DNA of 64,000 nucleotides from Octopus sinensis (taxonomy: Eukaryota): the NCBI RefSeq assembly GCF_006345805.1, contig NC_042999.1:143220001-143284000 (forward strand). Direction: 5' to 3'. How positions within the stretch are numbered: the stretch's first letter is position 1; each line of letters opens with the position of its first letter. The notes below the pieces were generated by a model. It did not search any database. It was not told where the DNA came from and worked only from the letters and a program-made list of their open reading frames with translations. The position numbers and the translations under genes are program-made. This document shows positions 13,495 to 25,822 of this stretch, piece after piece.

Positions 13495-14249
13495 TATAAA
13501 GAGAGAGAGAGAGAGAGAGAGAGAGACACACACACACACATACACATATAAAAATACGCACATACAAGCACTCTTATAGCCAGGGTTGCGTCAACAGGTT
13601 CGAATGTCTCCTACTCGCGACTTCATGCAAATATAATTATTAACTAATATTTTAGCTAAATTTTGTATTTTCATATATTAGACGATTAATGGCGGATTTC
13701 GACTGGAATCCTTATATACCTATTATATGTACGTGTGTGTGTGTGTATGTGTGTGTGCGTGTAATGTCAACTTAACCTTAGTTAAAAGCTTTAAGAAACG
13801 TTTAATTCAAGAGTAGTAGAAAACAAAACTCTCCGGTTGTATTTTCAAATTCTGAACTGATGTCGATTTCTTGAAATAAAATGCTTTCTTCCTATGTTCA
13901 AATGTAAATTTTCCTCATAGAAACCCGTATATTTTCTTGCTGAAAGTTGTACTTTCGAAATACCAACATATACATAGCTATTTGCACAGTCGTACTTGCA
14001 TATTTCCATCACATTAAAAAATATCAACAAACTCACACATATATACACACGTACATTGACTCACGTACGTTGTGGGCTATAGTCACGAAAGTTAAAAACG
14101 AAATATTTTTTTTCCCTTTTGTTGAAATGTTCAACAAATTTTGTCATAACAAAACCAGCACAACATAATCGCCTACAGACGCACATACACTCACTAAGAC
14201 CTAGTTTTTCTTTATTGGAGGGCGGCATAAGTATCTACACACATGCACG

Positions 14250-14310
<61 letters not shown>

Positions 14311-14465
14311 CACACACACCGTATATGAAGCTTAAAGGTGCACGGGCGTATGATACTTAAGAATTTCACACAAATGTTACGCTGATGCTACTTGAGAATT
14401 ACGTCAAGGTAAGCTTGTCTGTGGAATTATCAGCCGTTATTGCAAACCCACTTCAATATGGTTTG

Positions 14466-14510
<45 letters not shown>

Positions 14511-16374
14511 GTATTCGCAGTTTCTGTCTATCAAGCTTCACCCAAAATGCGTTAGAAAAATATACTTTCTAGAGTGCTACACAGTGGGATTGAACCATTG
14601 TTACGTCAAACCAAACATGCAAATACCACACCGTTGGCTCAGTTTGTACTAATTTCTGAGCAACTTATTGAATCCAGCTTGATGCTTCACTGTTGCATTT
14701 TCTATTAAATACAACCCAATATCTTTTTCTATTTCTTTCGTTTCTATGAATTTTATTACCTCTTGTGGAGTGGTAAGCTCTCGTAAAGTGTAGGGATTGA
14801 GGCTTCGATTTTCACACCTTTGCATCAAGTGATGATGGTTGACTCAAATTTGTAACAAGCATGTAGAAGTAATGGTCAAACGCAGTAGTACTTTGCTTAT
14901 TAAAAAGAAATCAATATTTGTGAGAATAGCATAAAGTATAGGGAATCTGGACCGTGCAAGCTTTTCTTTTTATGTTTAGCACCAGTTCAGCACTGATCAA
15001 GGTGACCCATGACTAAAGACACTCCAGCCATTGCTATCACATCTTTTTTTCATACACGGCGCATCCTGGATAACGTTAATGTGTTCCTTCACATTTAAGA
15101 TACTAGGGTGGTGATTTTCAAGCATTGTGTCGTAAAGGATGTCCGGGTGCAGTGTAGGTGGTGCTTAGATGTGACACGATCGGTGTCTAAATGCACTGCT
15201 TTTTTATTATTAAATATAATTGAAAGCTTTAGAAAATCCATATAGATATTTGAGTCTTGAAAAATGTTATTCATAATGAGGTTATGCACTAGTATGTATA
15301 ATAATGAAGGTAAGCAACAGTTTTCAATATCTTTTCACTCTATAACAGTTTGCTTCTTAAATTTTTTTACGAAGTCCACCAGTAATTTTTAGTACAGTGT
15401 ACCACAAGGAAATCAAAATCACAGCGATAGCATGTGATTTGAGGGGTTTGTGACTGTCATTTCTTGCAAGTCAATCGTCAGATCAACGATGGATTGGCAG
15501 CAAATTAAAGTGCATGTCGTATTTGGTTACGGCCTTTTACGCTCAGCATTCGAATCCGAACGAACTCAACTTTCCTTTCATCCTTCTGGAGTCGGCCGCA
15601 TGTGAATGGAATTTATATATGTTCTGTAAAGGTGGTTGCGGCGGTGTTGGTGTTACTTGTGCGTTTGGGAATGAATGTTCCGGTTTCTTCGTCAGAAGTG
15701 GGGAAAGGGAATGTTACACACTTTTACTTGTACTGAATGGGCAATAGTAGCTGACACACAAATACACATTTATAAAAACACATACACACATGCTGACACA
15801 GTCGTAGACATTTACAGACAACCCATTTATCAGGATTATACATAATAACAAAAGACAACTATGAAGAGAGAGAGAGAGAGAGGGGTGGATAAATGTTGTC
15901 TAGTAGGTGGTTTGACTAGAGTGCTTGTGGAGAAGACCACCAGTTCGACCAGTACTCCCGCCAAGCAAGTCCCGGTCCATTTAACTTGTTACGTGCTAAC
16001 CGTAGCATCAATGAATGTTTCAAGGTTTCAACTAAACAACCTACAACCCAACCGACCACTACGTTTCTGTAATAAAATATTACAATGACTTCCACCAACA
16101 CCAGAATACTCACCACCTCAACCACTACTATTTCGTCTACTATAACCACCACTATCATATCACGACATCGACTGCAGCCACGTGCCTGCCATTATAGCCA
16201 AGAGTCTACCGTTAATTTATTGTTTATTTACGAAACATCTTGTGCTTCTTCCATAAATAACACTACTATTGACTTGTTTGCCGGGTGTGTGTCTGTCTGT
16301 TTGACTTCTGCTTGCCTGTCTGCCTGCCTACCTGCCGGCTTGTATGTATGTATGTATGTATGTATGTATGTATG

Positions 16375-16405
<31 letters not shown>

Positions 16406-16534
16406 TGCATTTACATACTTAGACACACTTTCGTTATTTCACTATTACTGGAATGTCTTACAACATAACTGAAGCTTATCCCGGTTAGGACACGGTAACC
16501 TATAGCAGATTTTGTGTGTGTGTGTATTTATATA

Positions 16535-16586
<52 letters not shown>

Positions 16587-17239
16587 GCGTAGACATGTGG
16601 TGTTATATGTTTATATGTGGTGTATATGTGTTGTATGTTTATATGTGTGAGCATGCATACGAGACCAACCATTGATGAAACTTCGAAGTCCCTAGTTTTA
16701 AAATTATCACTGTACTTTAGAGCGAGTTGTTTTTCCGTTGCTTACGTATTTTTTATACTTATACAAACACCCTTTAACTGCATATATTATATATATATAT
16801 ATATATATTATATGTGTGTGTGTGTGTGTGTGTGTGCCGGATCTTTTATACAAGATGTGTCAGTTTTTGTTTTTGAGAACACTTCTTTTAAGACCTCTAG
16901 TTTCTTCTAACTTTGTTTTTACCATACTTTTCAGATATTACACCACAACACATTAAAGCAGAAACAGTCCCATAAAGTTCAAGAAGTGTTTGAACAAATT
17001 CCTTCCAGAAATCCCGGATAAACCTCCTACATCTGGATATGTCTCCGTAAACGATAACTCTCTACTCAGTGGGCCATGTTGTCCGATTCCAGATTTGAAT
17101 GACTTCGCCAGGTGGTGTTATTAAGTTAGACATTGTCTGGGCCAGTACTAGCCGAAGCTTATCAAAGTATCAAAAGTCGGCTTAAGTTAGCAATTGAAAA
17201 TGAATGCTGTAATCGTTGCCTTGAAAGTGCAGCATAGTG

Positions 17240-17590
17240 ATACAGAGATACCTCGCTTCTTGAAGGTAGACCGATCCTTCGTTGTCAAAGTTAGAAAGTA
17301 ATTGGAAGCTACTGACAGTGATCCAACATCAGAAGCTAAACGCAAAATGCATGTACAGGGTCTTAATACCATCAAAATACATAACTTTGTATAAAAAGTC
17401 CAAGAAAATCGAGAAAAACCTAGGTAAGTCAATCAGAGCAATTGCAAAGGACCTTAAGGTTTCAAAATGCACCATCAGATGAATTGTGCATGAAGACATC
17501 CGGTACAAGTCTTATTTGATGCAGAAGATTCCATTTATGTTGGAAGTGTCAAGAAAGAATTGTTCAACCCGAATGAAGTACCACATGATA
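17240..17590 (+). mobile_element. Tc1/mariner transposase remnant (N-terminal HTH region)
   Basis: Peptide NLGKSIRAIAKDLKVSKCTIR*IVHEDIRYKSYLMQ is typical of mariner-like transposases; contains an in-frame stop. Confidence 0.75.
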
Positions 17591-17736
17591 AGATACATGA
17601 ATGTATGTACATACATTCATGTATCTTATCATGTGGTGATATTATATTATGTCTGCTTCTCATTGACAGAATAATTCTGTTGATGGTAAGATATAAATTT
17701 ATCATTAGTTCTATTTAGAACATGGTGGATTATTAC

Positions 17737-17766
17737 TTGTTCTCGCTCTTTACAATCTGATTTTTC
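17737..17766 (-). CDS. Candidate 30-nt micro-exon ((E)KNQIVKSEN(K)), phase 2 to 2
   Basis: Acceptor TTTCTGTTGTTACAG|G and donor CAA|GTAATA. Phase-compatible with 23146-23242. Confidence 0.25.
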
Positions 17767-17859
17767 CTGTAACAACAGAAATGTCATGCGGCATCGAATC
17801 TCAGCTTTCTCATGGACAACATCTGTCTGTCTACCTGCCTACCTGCCTACCTGCCTACG

Positions 17860-17982
<123 letters not shown>

Positions 17983-18847
17983 ATATATATATATATATAT
18001 ATACACACCCTATAGCAATTCTCCTTTATGAATCACTAGAGGGCTAGACAAAATGTTTTAATGGTCTACTGTATTTTCATGCATTTTCATGCTATATTCG
18101 CATGCATTCCCCCACCCCGGGACTTTTTCCGCATTGGAAGGTCTTCTCAGGTTCGAATGCACCCGAACATGTTAAATGTTACTCAAAAACACACACACAC
18201 ACCACACACACACACACCACACACACACACACACACGCACGCACGCATACAAACACAGATACATGCACTCATGATTTATGTTTATGAATGAAGCACGCCA
18301 ATTCACACACACACACACACACATATATATGCACATATAAGGGGTATACACATGCACATATATACACTTTTATAAAACAGCTATTAATTTTTTGTATCAT
18401 GTTTAGTGACTATTTCGTTTAGTTGTACTTTCTTAGTCGAATTTTATACCAACCATTTGTGTTATGTCAACAACTTTTGCCTATTAGGTGGTTAAACGAG
18501 TTCAACAGCAACCGAGTAGATAAATCGTCACTGAAACGACTAGATAATTCATCAAGTCATTGTTGTAAAATGTTTTACATTTTCTTAATGACATATTTAA
18601 GGTATGTTCTTTTAGTTTGTTTAATCCTCATAAACGTAAAATTATAGTATCGACTGCATATTGTTATATACTCGCATATCTAGTCTGTTGTCTAAGTTCA
18701 TTTACATCTGTCAATGATATAGTGGTATGTGTTTGACCTTATATTGCCTCACTAAAGCACCCTGAGAATATTTTTCATTATTTGTGTTTTTTCGATCATA
18801 TTTAAGGTGAATACTTATTACTTATTCTGTTATCCGTTCCTGGGCGA

Positions 18848-18942
<95 letters not shown>

Positions 18943-18954
18943 ATATATATATAT

Positions 18955-19651
18955 ATCGTGAAGTATGTATGCCACCTAAATGTGGCTGACCCATATGGGA
19001 CGATGCTACTGGAGTTTATAGCCCCAGGAAGACATCTCCAGCTGGCTAACGAAACACTGTGCGAAGGGAAATCATCATTTGCATCTCTAGCCTTACGCGA
19101 TACACACGGATCCGGGTTTCTGGGTAGTAACCCGTCATCAGCGTTTGACAGTCACCGGCTAGGGATGAGAAGTGATTCTGAACGTAAAATACCATATGCT
19201 TTTTGAAGTGATAAACCGTCGCTGACCCCGATAAAGGAGAAACAAGCAATAATAAATCTCTGAGCGAGATGTAAACAGTAGCAGCACGACATCGTGAAGT
19301 TTTTCCTTTTTCGAGATCAGTGACGGTTTATAACTGGAAAAACATAGTATTTTGCGTTTGGAATCACTTCTCATCCTTAGCCGGTGATTGTCACACACTG
19401 ATGACGGGCTACTAACCAGAAACCCGGGTCCGTGTGTATCACGTAAGGCGGAGATGGGAACGATGATTTCCCTTCGCAAATACTGATCGGGCGCAGACAG
19501 TGTGTCGTTAGCCAGCTGGAGGAGATATCTTCCTGGAGCTATAAACTGCAGTAGCATCGTCCTATATGGGTTAGCCACATTTAGGCGGCAAACATACTTC
19601 ACGATGTCGTCCTGCTACTCTTTATATCTCACTCAGAGATTTATTATTGCT
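18955..19651. repeat. Permuted inverted duplication (A-B-A'-B') of a ~350 bp unit
   Basis: 18955-19243 matches the reverse complement of 19299-19605; 19244-19298 matches the reverse complement of ~19597-19651. The ORF track shows the paired translations MKYVCHLNVADPYGT (+) and MKYVCRLNVANPYRT (-). Confidence 0.9.
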
Positions 19652-20375
19652 ATATATATATATTATATATTATATATATATATATATATAATATATATAT
19701 ATATCTATTAAGGTATGTAGAAAATTACAACATGGACAAGAACGTATAACTCTTAGAAGACGATACAATAAACACGGACAAGACATTCGAAACCCTCAGT
19801 CTTCAGTCAAGAACCGGATCATCGTAGTAATTTCGGCTGATAATCTTGAGATTACTAGATAACGGCCAGCCCTCCAAGAAAAACTAAGCAACGAGCATTA
19901 GAAAAACTAAGCTGGGAGCGTAGATTTCCTGGAAGAAGGATCGAATGCATACGGACACCAGGACAGCAAAAGGGACGAATATAAAAAAACAATGGAATAC
20001 AGAAGCATTAAATATATATAGACACCAAATACTTGTGAGGTCAACAACTGAAATGTGTATAGTTCAAAGAGCAAATAACATAGCTCAACGGCGGCTGATG
20101 TGAACAATCACTGAAATATCTTGATGTTCCGCGAGAGAATTTGTGGTAAATATTTCATATTTTATGTGGTCTGTTTGTTGCTAATTCATCCTGTTTGATC
20201 ATTTTGTTTGGAAATAACATCATAACACGGATTACCTGTTGAGTCGCGGTGCACAACCAGTGTTCAGTGTCTTGGTTATATGAACAAAGATTGCATTATC
20301 TAGGTTGATGTGTGTTTGTCTGCTCTCACACAGATAGGCAGACACGTGCGCGTGCGAACACACACACACACACAC

Positions 20376-20410
<35 letters not shown>

Positions 20411-20621
20411 CATTCACTCACTCACTCACTCACTCACTCATTCACTCACTACAAACACATACACGCACAGTTTTATCATTTTAATTGTATAGACACCCAC
20501 ATATATGTAGATATGTATGTATGTATTTATATATATATATATATGTATATATATGCATATATATGTATATATACATAGTACATGATCGAAATGAATTTGT
20601 TTCTCCATTTTCTTATTTGTA

Positions 20622-20689
<68 letters not shown>

Positions 20690-20967
20690 TAGGCAATTAG
20701 ATATATTTAATATATGTTATGTTAATAAGTGCTATTTGTAATACTTTATAGTATCTTTTCGTTCAATTCTTCGTTTACTCTAAGAATTCATTATTGGATT
20801 TTAGATATTAGTTTTTTTCTATCTCATTAGACTGTTTATGAAACACAAATTAAAAATGTCACAATATCTACTGCTCATGTCTTCTCCCCCCTCTCTCTGT
20901 GTACATATATATATATATATATATATGTGCGTGTGTATGTATGTGTATGTATATAGACATGTGTGCG

Positions 20968-21115
20968 TGTGGCCATGTGGTAAGAAGCTTACTTCCCAAC
21001 CACATGATTCCGGGTTCAATCTCATTGCGTGATACCTTGGGCATCTGTCTTCTACTATAGTGAGTGGATTCGGTAGACGGAAACTGAATGAAGCCCGTTG
21101 TATATATGTATATTT

Positions 21116-21168
<53 letters not shown>

Positions 21169-21245
21169 TTCTGTCTGCGTTCTAATTACCCCTCACCACC
21201 ACTTGACAACAAGTGTTGGTGTGTTTACGTCCCTATAACTTAGCA
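20968..21245 (+). mobile_element. SINE family B copy (3'-truncated)
   Basis: TGGCCATGTGG A-box, GGTTCAATC B-box, GTCTTCTACTATAG...GACGGAAACTGAA, internal (TG)n. Confidence 0.75.
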
Positions 21246-23145
21246 GTTTATTCTGCCCCTTTACGTTCTGAGTTCGGATCCTGCCGACTTTATTTCTCAC
21301 TCTTTTGAGGTTGTTAAAATATCCAGCAGTCGACATCATTCACTATTCTCTAGAAGGTAAACAGCATAATTACCTTTCAATGATCGAGACTAGTGAGAGT
21401 CTGTATCTATGTATAAGCTATAAGAACGGAAAACAGGAGAGACAGAATTCGAAGAAGATAAATTCGAGAATGTAAATGAAGATGAAATAAGACGAAAAAT
21501 CATACTAAATATGTCTAAGTATAAATGAAACTGTGTGCTTATCAATATAAATAAAACTGTTATATGAATGGATAACGAGATACATCGGGGCACTGATATT
21601 TTGTCGGATAACTAAAGACGGTGCTCCAGCATGGCTACAGTCAAATGACTGAAACATGTAAAAGAATAAAAGAATATACCATGTGTCCTCATGCTTTGAG
21701 TATTATATTGGCAACCCTTTTTGGACCCCGCAATAGATGCAAGTACCAACATACACGGTTTAATTGTGCTACGTTTGTAATCCTCAAAAATGTCTTGTAT
21801 AAAAAAATGTGTGTTGTCCTGACTGCTCTAGTAACAAATAAAGGGAAGGATTATTGCTTTTATATATTTTAAAGGTTAATACGTGTATTCAAAGTGACCG
21901 GTTAGTTAAAGCATTGAAGAGGCAAGCCCATAGATTGGATGTTCTAATATATTTCCTATGTTCGGTATGGCTTCAGATTAATTTTCTATTTATTGCGAAT
22001 TAGAGTTATAGTTACAGGAGGATATTAACCCATTTTCTTTTTTTGAAAACAACGCCAACGAATAAGCTGAACAAGTATATCACATTATTTACTAAGTCAT
22101 AAATCGGCGGTTCTCAATGAAATTTGTATAGAAAAAATATCGAGGAAAGATTGATATTATTTGAAAAGATTAAGACCAGAAACCAAAATAATTATTTGTA
22201 TTTGAATTGACTGAAATAGTTATATGTAATAATACTCAAATACTGAGTAAAATTCCGATTAGATTTTATGGTAAGATAACAGATTCATGGATCATAAGTG
22301 AAAATCTGATGTTGGTAATTCGTTGCGGTCCTACTCACAACATTTCACTCATTGTTGTGTTAGTTTATTTAGAAGTCAGGAATGTGAATCTGATCATCTA
22401 ACAATCTCCAGTATCGATAGGCTCGGTTCGTCTAACGACTGGATCCAGATCCACCTTTTGATTTGAATTGCCTGTGAGGGAAGTGTACGGTACACACATA
22501 GATATCAATCAACTGTCAGAAGCCTATCTCTCTCATCCACGAAGAATTCTTAACAATACAGAGGTTGAGTTGATGGTATACAGCAATAGTGAGGCATTCT
22601 TTATGTTGGATTTGTAATCTGAAATACTGAAGTCCCTACCCAGTATATTAATATTCTCTTTTGTATATTAAACTTTCATTGAAGCTAAATTAGATTTCTG
22701 ATTCCTCTAAGGCAATATTGTAAAACTGTATTGAGTTCGAATACAGTGATGAGAGGTGAGTCCTGATATTTCGAATAGTGCCGACAAAGACTATCCCTAG
22801 CTCCATTGAATTCGTTTCTCATCTATAGACAGCCTATGCTATGCAGTCTATGAACAAGGACAGTCTGTTATAGGTTTCCATCAACGGAAAACCACGCCCA
22901 TTTTCTTCAAACCCATTTCTTTTCCATCTTCCTCTCCCATTCTCGTTTACTTTCTTCCTTTCCTTCACCAAAGTAAGCCGCAGCCTATGTTCACTCCTTC
23001 TCATAGCCATCATTAACACCCAACCATTCACCCACTAACAATCTAAAAGACTCCGTTCCTACCGCTCTCTATTCAACGCGCCTTTTACCTCCGCCATCTC
23101 TCATCATTTCGCCATCAGTCATCACTCTAAAATTCTTTTACTTAC

Positions 23146-23242
23146 TCCTCTTTCCCCAATCTAACTGAAGTCAGCAGCGCAATCAAGTCTCTTTCTGTGT
23201 ATTCGTGCATGCAATATTTGATCTCGTCTCCACGCCCACCCA
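23146..23242 (-). CDS. Candidate 97-nt exon (V)GGRGDEIKYCMHEYTERDLIALLTSVRLGKE(E/D), with a pipsqueak-HTH-like first helix
   Basis: Acceptor CAATTTCAG|TG and consensus donor GGA|GTAAGT. Only one frame is open. The pattern Y-T-E-x-D-L-x-x-x-L-x-x-V-R-x-G-K resembles HTH_psq helix 1. Confidence 0.6.
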
Positions 23243-24158
23243 CTGAAATTGTAAAATGCCAATCCGCCAACCCACCAATGATCATCATCATCATTGTCAT
23301 CATCGACGTCGTCATCGTCTTAGTCGTTATTGTCATCGTCGTCCCTCCCCTCTTTTTCCTACACTCCCTCTTATACTCCCTTTTCCCTCCTTGTCTCTAA
23401 TTCTCTTCTATTCTTCCTTTTCCTTATTCTTTCACACTTTTCATCCATCACCACCACTACCAAACTCCATGTAGTCGTTCGACCTCCTAGAAAGAGTAGC
23501 CTAGTCTCACTGAAATCACACTTTACTATCTTAAACGGAGAAAAAAACATTTGCGTAATGTAAACCAATGTACACAGTGACTGATAAATATAATAACAAA
23601 GGTGAGAGACGATCATGGCTGGAATGCCTTTTGGTCATACACAGCTCTGCTCATTCAGAGTCGACTTGGACAACAACAACAGTAGCAACAATAAAACCAA
23701 TTCCACAAGGCTAAGACTTGCACGAACTAACACAACTGCGGCGGCGGATAATATGAAGGTTATTATTAAGAGCAAAGTATTGAGTCACTTACAAAGAATT
23801 AAAGCGACCCGTTTAAACATACTTCTTTGTAGAGCCAGCACACCTCTTTTTGAGCAAAGGATATCAAACAAAATGCAAAGCAACTATACTCACTATTTCA
23901 AGATAGAAAGTATGTATGTATGTATGTATGTATGTATGTATGTATGTATGTATGTATGTATGTATGTACGCATGCATGCGTGTGTGTGTGTGTGTGTGTG
24001 TGTGTATGAACTTGGTAATTAACAATACTTAATAATACAATAAAACTAACTTGCTAACAAGACCGTTTAGCAAATAACAACCGCTGTTGCTCTAATTATA
24101 GTAGGTGAAAATTAACTTTAACAAATTATACTTTCTGCTCAAAATCTAATCCCCCCCC

Positions 24159-24209
<51 letters not shown>

Positions 24210-24289
24210 TATACACATACGCACACACACATACATGTATGAGTGTGAATATATATATTTATGTATGTATACACACACGCACGCGCACG

Positions 24290-24344
<55 letters not shown>

Positions 24345-25175
24345 CAGTACTGAACAAATAAGTAACAGCTGAATTGCATTCACAATTTACTCCAATAAAC
24401 CCAACTAACTAATTAACAATTCTTGTAAACTATCAAGGTCTATTGATTAAATTATATCTATTACTAACTAGCATTTAAACATACTCTATTTATCAACTGC
24501 CTAACTGTAATTAAATACACTCGCCATATTAACTGTATTTACTAATTCTTATGATAACAAGTGTTTTAAAACATTTTCTAACTGATTTATTGAATTACAA
24601 GTTAAAGAATTGTTTAATTGACTAATCAGTGAAATTATATTGTCGTTTTTGTAAAACAACATTTTTTAAAAATGAGCTCTGAATTGTTTTCTTTCTATAG
24701 AAAAAGCTAAATGTTTGTTGAGTGGATTGAAACTAGTATATTACCGATAGTTATTGTATAGACATGGGAATGATGACACACAAAGTGAACGTTAGCAAGA
24801 TCTTAACTCAAAACTCAAAGAAAGATCAGTCCAGTAGCTACGCTGTTTCTATCAACTTGCTAATTCTTACATATTATGTAAACTATATTATTGGGACTTA
24901 TTTTATGAAGATACGAGAGATGGAAAGCAAAATTAGTTACTGGCTGGATATGAACTCAGAGCAAAGATGTTCGATTCAAGATACTGAATGTATTTCGCCC
25001 TTCTGTTCTTCTGTTTCTGTTATCTTTAGTAGTGCATTTGATATTAAAAAGCGCTCTGACTTGTTTCTCAAGTTTAAAGGTAAGTCGGTAACAAGTATGT
25101 ATGTATGTATGTAGTATGATGTATGTATGATGTATGTAGTATGTATGTATGTATGTATGTATGTATGTATGTATG

Positions 25176-25213
<38 letters not shown>

Positions 25214-25334
25214 TATATATATACATACATACATACATATACATACATATATATGTATATATATATATATATCTATATATATATATATATTATATATATA
25301 TATATTATATATGTAGTATATGTATGTATGTATG

Positions 25335-25366
<32 letters not shown>

Positions 25367-25493
25367 TTATATAAATATATATATATATAATATATATATA
25401 TATATAATATATATATATATATACACACATATACATAATAATACATACATACAACATACATACATACTGTCTTAGCATATATATATATATATG

Positions 25494-25538
<45 letters not shown>

Positions 25539-25722
25539 TAAGACAGTAAGTGCAGAAGTCAATGAGATATAATGAGATTGTCTTTCACTATTTGTTATAG
25601 AATTATTCTTGAAGAAGACAAAAAGAAAAAAAGTTATCGTTTGTTTTTGTTAAATAAAGGAATCTGCCACTGCCTGTCATCACCTGTCGTCGACTGTGAT
25701 CGCCCGTCTCCGCTTGTCTCCG

Positions 25723-25822
25723 NNNNNNNNNNNNNNNNNNNNNNNNNNNNNNNNNNNNNNNNNNNNNNNNNNNNNNNNNNNNNNNNNNNNNNNNNNNNNN
25801 NNNNNNNNNNNNNNNNNNNNNN
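25723..25822. other. Assembly gap (100 N)
   Basis: Exactly 100 N, typical of a placeholder gap of unknown size. Confidence 0.99.
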
